NCBI GenBank assembly: GCA_029564175.1
Contig: JAKQQL010000025.1
Span: 1 to 13,640, forward strand
Source: Candidatus Cloacimonadota bacterium
GTDB lineage: Bacteria > Cloacimonadota > Cloacimonadia > Cloacimonadales > WRIO01
Reading direction: 5' to 3'
DNA length: 13,640 bases
In this document: one piece after another, positions 7,776 through 13,640 of the stretch
Numbering within the stretch: position 1 is the stretch's first letter
Layout: every line of letters begins with the position of its first letter
The notes under the pieces: generated by a model
The model's database searches: none
Told to the model about the DNA's origin: nothing
What the model saw: the letters and a program-made list of their open reading frames with translations, nothing else
Made by a program: the position numbers and the translations under genes

Positions 7776-8558
7776 ATGAAATACGATCCTGTAAAAAATA
7801 TTTTCGCAAAACTCATACATCATAACAAGCTTTTTAGAAAAGTGTTTTACCTGATTCTCGATATTACGATACTGAGACAGCTTTATGTAAAAAAATCTAT
7901 CAAAAAATACTATCAAAAAACTGAACCATTTACTTTTTATGATGCAGGTGCAGGTTTTTGCCAATATACAGACTTTATTTTAAACCATTTCCCTAAAGCT
8001 GATATCGTTTCTATGGATTTAAAAACAGATTATATGCTTTCATATCAAAGTTCATTGCCTTCTAATTGTAAAAGAATAAAAATATACCAGGGAGATTTAC
8101 AATCTTTTATATGTCCCCAAAAAACAGATCTGGTAATTGCAATTGACATTCTGGAGCATATTCAAGACGATATATCAGTTTTGAAAAACATATATCAGAC
8201 AATGAATCATGAAGGAAAACTCATCATTTCTACACCTAGCAATTTAGATAAAGCTGCCGCATTTACAGAAGAACATGTCAGACCTGGTTATTCAATGCTG
8301 GAGTTAGAAAATAAATTAAAAAAAACAGGCTTTAAAATATTAGAAATATACTATTCTTATGGGTTCTGGGGTAAACTTTATTGGAATATTGGTATGAAAA
8401 TACCTTTATCATTACTCAGTCTATCTAAACTTTTTTTTATGATTCTTCCTCTTTACTTTATAATAGTAGTTCCTTTTAACTTGATTTTTATGTTTTTGGA
8501 TATGAATTTAAAAAACAAAAAAGGGAATGGTATTGTCTGTATTTCAAAAAAAATATAA
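7776..8558 (+). CDS. Class I SAM-dependent methyltransferase with C-terminal hydrophobic segment
   Basis: YDAGAGFC motif I, IDILEHIQDD and GKLIISTP motifs. I moved the start from 7731 to 7776 (MKYDPVK...): the 7731 ATG starts in the terminator hairpin loop, while 7776 follows GGAGA, although with short spacing. Confidence 0.85.
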   Translation: MKYDPVKNIFAKLIHHNKLFRKVFYLILDITILRQLYVKKSIKKYYQKTEPFTFYDAGAGFCQYTDFILNHFPKADIVSMDLKTDYMLSYQSSLPSNCKRIKIYQGDLQSFICPQKTDLVIAIDILEHIQDDISVLKNIYQTMNHEGKLIISTPSNLDKAAAFTEEHVRPGYSMLELENKLKKTGFKILEIYYSYGFWGKLYWNIGMKIPLSLLSLSKLFFMILPLYFIIVVPFNLIFMFLDMNLKNKKGNGIVCISKKI

Positions 8559-8565
8559 ATTTTTA

Positions 8566-8594
8566 TTGACATTAGGAATAATAGCTTGTATAAT
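8566..8594 (+). promoter_or_regulatory. Consensus sigma70 promoter
   Basis: TTGACA (8566-8571), 17 nt spacer, TATAAT (8589-8594), with A/T tracts upstream and a GGGAGG RBS at 8613-8618 before the ATG at 8624. Confidence 0.92.
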
Positions 8595-8623
8595 TTGTTA
8601 AAATAAAATATAGGGAGGTCAAA

Positions 8624-9577
8624 ATGAAAAAGACCCTTGTAATCGGCTTAATCATGATTATTTCTGTGAGTATGTTATTTGCAGAAACTATTGAGGAAAA
8701 ACTTCAATAATTTGGTCAGGAAAATGCAGAGAAGTTCATCCAACCTGCAGTTAACTGTTTTAGCGGTAATCTTAACAGTGGACTGTATAACACTGCAAAG
8801 GTTTTAAAACCCTTTAGATTTCAATTAAGCTTTAATGTTATGACAACTTTTGTTCCTGATGAAGACAAATCTTTTAATGTAACAAACCCATTTATTGGAG
8901 ATACGTTTAATCCTTATCAGGAAAATGAGATTGAAACAGCAACTATTTTTGGAACTGATGGTGGAAGTTTTACAGGAGTTACAGAGGTAAACGGAGTTCC
9001 TGTAAGCATAGATCCTTTAAAAATGCCTGATGGTCTTGATCTGGCGGGATTACCTTTAGTAATGCCTCAGTTTGCTTTAGGTCTTCCTTTTGGTAATGAA
9101 GTTCAGTTAAGATATTTTCCAAAAACTGAAGTAGACAAAGAAATTGGTGATGTCGGGTTTTTAGGTATTGGTGTAAAACATAGTATAGACCAGTATTTTC
9201 CAGGAATAATTCCAATTGATGTCGCTATTCAGGGTTTTTATCAAAAACTTGAAGTCGGCGAGTTAATTGAAATTAAGTCCTTAGCTGCTAATGCTCAACT
9301 CAGTAAGAAATTCTTAATATTTACATTCTATGGTGGTTTAGGTTGGGAAAAGACTGATTTTCTTGCTGAATACAAGTTTACCAAAGAGACTTTTAACCCT
9401 TCTAACCCTGCTGTTCCAATCGTTACTGAAATTCCTGTTAAATTAGAACTTGAATCGGATAATTCGATGAAAGCAACTGTTGGTATGCGTCTTAGTCTTT
9501 TGTTCTTAAAATTATACGGTGATTATAGCTTTGCAAAATATAACACTGCAAATGTCGGAATTGGGCTTGGATTCTAA
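8624..9577 (+). pseudogene. Secreted/outer-membrane beta-barrel-like protein (DUF6588-like) interrupted by in-frame TAA at 8708-8710
   Basis: The ATG at 8624 is in frame with the track ORF 8840..9577: MKKTLVIGLIMIISVSMLFA-ETIEEKLQ*FGQENAEKFIQPAVNCFSGNLNSGLYNTAKVLKPFRF... It has a Sec signal peptide, alternating beta-strand pattern and C-terminal GIGLGF. The family call is from recall of the LNSG.Y.TAK and PQ...GLP motifs. It could be a true nonsense allele or a sequence error. Confidence 0.75.
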
Positions 9578-9715
9578 TTATTTATGATTCAAAATAGTTG
9601 TATTGATACTCTAATACTAGAAAACAAATACATTGTTTTAAAAAACGCAATTAGCTATTTTTCAATATGTTAAGAGTTTTCAAAACAAATATATTAAAAT
9701 TTATGAAAATTTTTA

Positions 9716-9745
9716 TTGACAAGATAATTTCAATTTTGTTAAATT
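9716..9745 (+). promoter_or_regulatory. Probable sigma70 promoter for hup
   Basis: TTGACA at 9716-9721, then TG-n-TAAATT (-10 at 9740-9745, 18 nt spacer), with AT-rich upstream sequence. Confidence 0.6.
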
Positions 9746-9772
9746 GACTAAATTAATAAATTGGAGGTAGTT

Positions 9773-10045
9773 ATGACTCGTGAAGATTTAATTGCTAAGG
9801 TCGCTGAAGATGCAAAAATCACAAAGAAAGCTGCATCTTTTGCTTTGAATTCTGTTTTAGATGGTATAACAGAAGCCCTTCAAGCTGGTGAAAAAATCAC
9901 CTTTGTTGGCTTTGGAACTTTCAACGTGATCGAAAGAAAAGCACGTAAGGGTATTAACCCTACTACTAAAGAACCTATCAGCATTCCTGCTTGTAAAGCA
10001 CCTGTTTTCAAAGCAGGTAGTAAATTAAAAGAAGCTGTTAAGTAA
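9773..10045 (+). CDS. hup: DNA-binding protein HU
   Basis: 90 aa MTREDLIAKVAE...GFGTF...RKARKGINPTTKEPISIPA...FKAGSKLKEAVK. The GGAGG RBS at 9763-9767 places the start at ATG 9773 rather than TTG 9761. Confidence 0.96.
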   Translation: MTREDLIAKVAEDAKITKKAASFALNSVLDGITEALQAGEKITFVGFGTFNVIERKARKGINPTTKEPISIPACKAPVFKAGSKLKEAVK

Positions 10046-10060
10046 TTTTATCAAATAATT

Positions 10061-10091
10061 AAGCGGTTGTTTTTTTAAAACAACCGCTTTT
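10061..10091. terminator. Intrinsic terminator hairpin, likely bidirectional, between convergent hup and polyferredoxin genes
   Basis: Perfect 13-bp inverted repeat AAGCGGTTGTTTT-TTT-AAAACAACCGCTT located between the two stop codons. Confidence 0.88.
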
Positions 10092-10100
10092 ATAATATCT

Positions 10101-10748
10101 TTATTTTGTTTTAATTGCAGATACAGGGCATCCTTTGTAATTAGTTGAAGGATTACCATTTTTACAAAGCCCACATGAAATACATTTTTCTAAATCAATA
10201 ACAGCTTTTCCTTTTACCATTGATATCGCATTTACAGGACATTGTGAAACACATAGCCTGCATCCGATACACAGCTTTTCATCAATAAAGTAGATCACTT
10301 TTTGAATCACATTGTTATCATCTTCTGTTTTAACAGAATCAACTTTTGAAACTGCTTTTTTTTCAACTTCTGCTAGTTTTTTTTTATCAGTTTGTACATC
10401 TTCATTTTTGTTAACAACAACATCATTATTTACTTTTTCTTTTTGGGGTTCATTTTGAACTATGTTTTCTGTTTGTAAAGTCATATCAGCATTAATCGCA
10501 TTTACAGGGCATCCTTTATAAGATTTTAATCCATTTTTACATAATCCACAACCGATGCATTTTGAAGTGTTAATTTCCGCTTTTCCATTTTTCATTGTTA
10601 TTGCCTGTGTAGGGCAAACTTTGGATTGAACACATAAGCCGCAGCCAATACATTGTTTTTGGCTGATTCTGTATTTGCTAACCTGTGATAATAAAAGCAT
10701 ACATATACTAATCAATGCTATTACCAGAATTATTTTTCTTATATTCAT
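10101..10748 (-). CDS. Polyferredoxin: two 2x[4Fe-4S] domains with hydrophobic N-terminal leader
   Basis: Four CxxCxxC...CP motifs in two similar domains separated by a K/E/N/V-rich linker; leader MNIRKIILVIALISICMLLLS. Confidence 0.88.
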   Translation of the reverse strand: MNIRKIILVIALISICMLLLSQVSKYRISQKQCIGCGLCVQSKVCPTQAITMKNGKAEINTSKCIGCGLCKNGLKSYKGCPVNAINADMTLQTENIVQNEPQKEKVNNDVVVNKNEDVQTDKKKLAEVEKKAVSKVDSVKTEDDNNVIQKVIYFIDEKLCIGCRLCVSQCPVNAISMVKGKAVIDLEKCISCGLCKNGNPSTNYKGCPVSAIKTK

Positions 10749-10758
10749 TTTCTCTCCC

Positions 10759-11520
10759 TTATTTTAAAGAACCTTTTTTGGGGCATCTCTGTACACATCT
10801 ATAGCACTTGATGCAATTTGGATTATCGATCACTTCCTGTTCCAGTAAATCAATATTCATGGGACAGGCTTTACAACAGATACCACAATCAATACAGGTC
10901 TCATAATTTCTCTTTAATTGAAAAGAATTGATATTAAATGATTTACCTACAAATGCCAACAGATTCATTAATGCGGCATAAGGGCATAAAAACCGGCACC
11001 AGAGCCTCTCGATAAATGCACTTCCGATAACTATAAGTGTTAAAGTGATAATTCCTGGCAAACGGATACTTTTTATCCAGCCAATAGCCATTACCGGACA
11101 GAAATTCATATAAACGTGTGATAATCCGATAAATGCCATCACAATTGTAAAAAGAAGAATCAAATATTTCAAAAAGCCCAGGCGTTTTTCGTCAATTTTA
11201 TTGATATTAACATAAGGCTGACATTTTTTATGGAACAAACGATAAATCCATTCCTGAATAGTACCAATAAAACAGATATACCCGCAAAACCATCTGCCAA
11301 ACCATATTACAGAAAAAGTCAGTAAAGTTGACAAGACTAATGTTAGCGGATAAATGACCTGCCCGTATTTCAAGCTCATTGTACCAAAACAAATAACCGA
11401 ATAGGGACATAACTTATGGATAACCAGGAGGATATTATTAATCAATAAAAAAAGTAAAGTACTACTTACCAGGAAGAAAAATGTCTGTATCCATTTCCTG
11501 AAAATGATTAACCTGTTCAT
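10759..11520 (-). CDS. NapH/MauN/YccM-like 4Fe-4S binding membrane protein
   Basis: Several TM helices, GRWFCGYICFIGTIQE and RLWCRFLCPYAAL motifs, and C-terminal CIDCGICCKACP and CIKCYRCVQRCP. ATGA overlap with the upstream regulator. Confidence 0.9.
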   Translation of the reverse strand: MNRLIIFRKWIQTFFFLVSSTLLFLLINNILLVIHKLCPYSVICFGTMSLKYGQVIYPLTLVLSTLLTFSVIWFGRWFCGYICFIGTIQEWIYRLFHKKCQPYVNINKIDEKRLGFLKYLILLFTIVMAFIGLSHVYMNFCPVMAIGWIKSIRLPGIITLTLIVIGSAFIERLWCRFLCPYAALMNLLAFVGKSFNINSFQLKRNYETCIDCGICCKACPMNIDLLEQEVIDNPNCIKCYRCVQRCPKKGSLK

Positions 11521-12965
11521 ATCTCTTTCAATTTCCTTCTGATAGTATTTCTAGACACATTAAGATACTGTGCAACTTTAGATTTATTTCCATCGAACTT
11601 TTTTAATATTTTTTTAATAAGATATTCTTCAAGTTCTTCAAGAGTTATTCCATTTTCAGGCAAATTAATCACGATATCATTATTCCCTAATACTTTTTCG
11701 GGTTCAGAAAATTCTTCTGTTATTTCGCCTAAAAAATCTATATGAGAGGGTTTTAGTTCGATATCATCATATAAGACCGTTGCTCTTTCAATTGTGTTTT
11801 GTAATTCACGAACATTCCCTGGCCATTCGTAAGATTCCAGTATATTCATCGCTACTTTGGAAATTAATTTAAATCTTCTTTTTTTACTTTCAGAAAAATC
11901 TCTTAAAAACATCTGAGCTAAAGGTACAATATCTTCTTTTCTTTCTTTGAGGGCAGGAATATGTAAACTCCCTGCATTTAAACGATAAAACAAATCTTTA
12001 CGAAATGTACCTTCTCCAATCATTGAAGGAATATCTCGATTTGTTGCACAAATGAAGCGTACATCTAATTCGATTTTCTTTACGCCACCCACACGATACA
12101 TTTCCTTTTGCTGAATGACTCTTAGAAGTTTAGGCTGTAAATCTAATGGCATATCTCCTATCTCATCTAAAAAGATAGATCCACCCTGAGCCATTTCGAG
12201 TTTTCCTATAGTACCTGTTTTTTTTGAACCTGTAAATGAGCCCCCTTCATAACCAAATAATTCACTTTCAAACAAGGAGCTTGTTATAGATGAGCAATTG
12301 ATTGTAACAAAAGGGGTTGTTTCAAGTCCTTCCCCATAATGAATCATTCTTGCTAAAATTTCCTTGCCAGTACCTGTTTCTCCAGTAATCAGAACAGGAA
12401 TTGATCTGTCTAGATGAAATCTGATTGCCAAATCTTTGATGTGTTTCATTTTATCTGAAAATACACCTATCTTTCCGATGCCAACAATATCAGAATAAGC
12501 TGAACTAATTTTTTTTAGTTTTGTATGAACTTCAGCTGTATTCGCACTCAATTTCTCATCAAAATCATTTTTATATTCTTCATTTTCTTTAAGCAATGTC
12601 AGATGTTCCTGAGCCTTACTAATCACGGCAGCCAGTTCTTCTACATCAATAGGCTTTATTAAATAATCCCAGGCACCTGATCTGAGTGCCTGAATTGAAG
12701 AGTTTAAATCTGCATGACCTGTTATTAGAATTACATCCGTATATTGAGATTCGGGAGAAGCTTTAATCGCCTTTAACAACTCAAGCCCCGACATTCCAGG
12801 CATCTTGATATCAGATATAACCAGGGGATGATGTTCAGATTGCCAACAGGATAAAGCAGCTTTCGGATCGTGAAACTGATCAACTGTAAAGCCGAGATAG
12901 TTAGTTAAAAAATTTTTAATCGCTTTACGGCTTAAATCTTCATCATCTACTAATAAAATTTTCAT
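11517..12965 (-). CDS. NtrC-family sigma54-dependent response regulator (REC - AAA+ - Fis HTH)
   Basis: Receiver ILLVDDE...ISDIKMPG, Walker A GETGTGKE, ESELFGYEGGSFTGS, Walker B FLDEIGD, FRKDLFYRL, WPGNVREL and C-terminal GNKSKVAQYLNVSRNTIRRKL. Confidence 0.96.
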   Translation of the reverse strand: MKILLVDDEDLSRKAIKNFLTNYLGFTVDQFHDPKAALSCWQSEHHPLVISDIKMPGMSGLELLKAIKASPESQYTDVILITGHADLNSSIQALRSGAWDYLIKPIDVEELAAVISKAQEHLTLLKENEEYKNDFDEKLSANTAEVHTKLKKISSAYSDIVGIGKIGVFSDKMKHIKDLAIRFHLDRSIPVLITGETGTGKEILARMIHYGEGLETTPFVTINCSSITSSLFESELFGYEGGSFTGSKKTGTIGKLEMAQGGSIFLDEIGDMPLDLQPKLLRVIQQKEMYRVGGVKKIELDVRFICATNRDIPSMIGEGTFRKDLFYRLNAGSLHIPALKERKEDIVPLAQMFLRDFSESKKRRFKLISKVAMNILESYEWPGNVRELQNTIERATVLYDDIELKPSHIDFLGEITEEFSEPEKVLGNNDIVINLPENGITLEELEEYLIKKILKKFDGNKSKVAQYLNVSRNTIRRKLKEI

Positions 12966-12990
12966 AATTTCCTCAAATATTTACCTTTCA

Positions 12991-13640
12991 TTAACTAAAA
13001 CTGTTAAGAGAAGATTGTTTTTCGGGCAGGCAAATCCGAATACCGGCACCACCCATTTTATTATTTTTAAACTCAATTGATCCGTTAAAACGATCAATAA
13101 AGTTTTTACATATCATTAATCCAAGACCCATCCCATCGAAATCGGATTTATTGGAACTTAAGAAATCTGTATCCCGGGGATAAGAATCATAAATAAATCC
13201 AATTGCATTATCATCCACATTGATAACTACATTTTGGTCAATTAAACGGGTACTAATTATGACGATTTTATCTGTTTTATCTGATTTTCTCAAAGCTTGA
13301 ATGGCATTATTTAACAGATTGATTAATATTTGTTCAATCAGAATTGGATTCCCTTTTACATAAAGGGGATTTTCATACAAATCGATCGAAATCTGAATAT
13401 TATCATCCTGATGATTTAATACAAGTTTCTTTGCTTTTATGATCGCTTCATTTATCTCTACCCATTCATCAGCTGATTGCTTATCATTCATCGTCCAGAA
13501 ATTTTTCATTTGTTCGATAATCGTTTCTGTTCTGACAACTGATTCTCTAATCATCTTCACTTCTTCAAGAAATAAACCGGGTAAAATACCAGGATGTCTT
13601 TTATGCCAGAATAATATCGTATCGATATTCAGGTGAATGG
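12991..13640 (-). CDS. Sensor histidine kinase, C-terminal part (5' end outside window)
   Basis: The frame stays open past the track start at 13560 to the window edge (...IHLNIDTILFWHKRHPGILPGLFLEEVKMIRES...). N-box EQILINLLNNAIQA, G1-like DDNAIG and G2 GMGLGL are present. The H-box is presumably just outside the window. Confidence 0.92.
   Translation of the reverse strand, partial: IHLNIDTILFWHKRHPGILPGLFLEEVKMIRESVVRTETIIEQMKNFWTMNDKQSADEWVEINEAIIKAKKLVLNHQDDNIQISIDLYENPLYVKGNPILIEQILINLLNNAIQALRKSDKTDKIVIISTRLIDQNVVINVDDNAIGFIYDSYPRDTDFLSSNKSDFDGMGLGLMICKNFIDRFNGSIEFKNNKMGGAGIRICLPEKQSSLNSFS

Noticed and set aside
7713..7964. 83-aa minus-strand ORF
   Set aside because: Antisense shadow of the methyltransferase gene.
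8708..8710. TAA as evidence of stop-codon reassignment or Sec/Pyl recoding
   Set aside because: TAA terminates tyrS, glnA, hup and others in this window, and Sec and Pyl use TGA and TAG.
8979..9215. 78-aa minus-strand ORF
   Set aside because: Antisense to the outer-membrane protein gene, with no independent support.
11228..11410. 60-aa alternative-frame ORF
   Set aside because: Nested within the NapH-like gene, with no independent support.
13439..13636. 65-aa plus-strand ORF
   Set aside because: Antisense to the histidine kinase frame, which is open through this region.
11517..13640. Naming the two-component pair ntrB/ntrC because glnA is nearby
   Set aside because: They are not in the glnA operon and no sigma54 promoter precedes glnA; family membership alone does not establish orthology.

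Overview
AT-rich bacterial chromosomal window; the likely outer-membrane protein suggests a diderm. Left (minus strand): a sigma54-promoter-led flagellar operon of fliJ, a MotE/FlbB/YlxF-like gene, and a very long ORF missing from the supplied track. That ORF starts at 3007 and stays open for at least 1002 codons to the left edge. It occupies the fliK position and carries about 5.7 in-frame, mosaic tandem repeats of ~264 bp (88 aa), so it is a candidate giant, length-variable hook ruler. Middle (plus strand): tyrS, M50 site-2 protease, type I glnA with an intrinsic terminator, a SAM methyltransferase, a DUF6588-like outer-membrane protein gene behind a perfect sigma70 promoter but interrupted by one in-frame TAA, and HU. 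Right (minus strand, converging on a shared terminator hairpin): a partial sensor histidine kinase, an NtrC-family sigma54 activator, a NapH/MauN-like Fe-S membrane protein and a duplicated-domain polyferredoxin with a hydrophobic N-terminal leader. No RNA genes, CRISPR arrays or mobile elements were seen.
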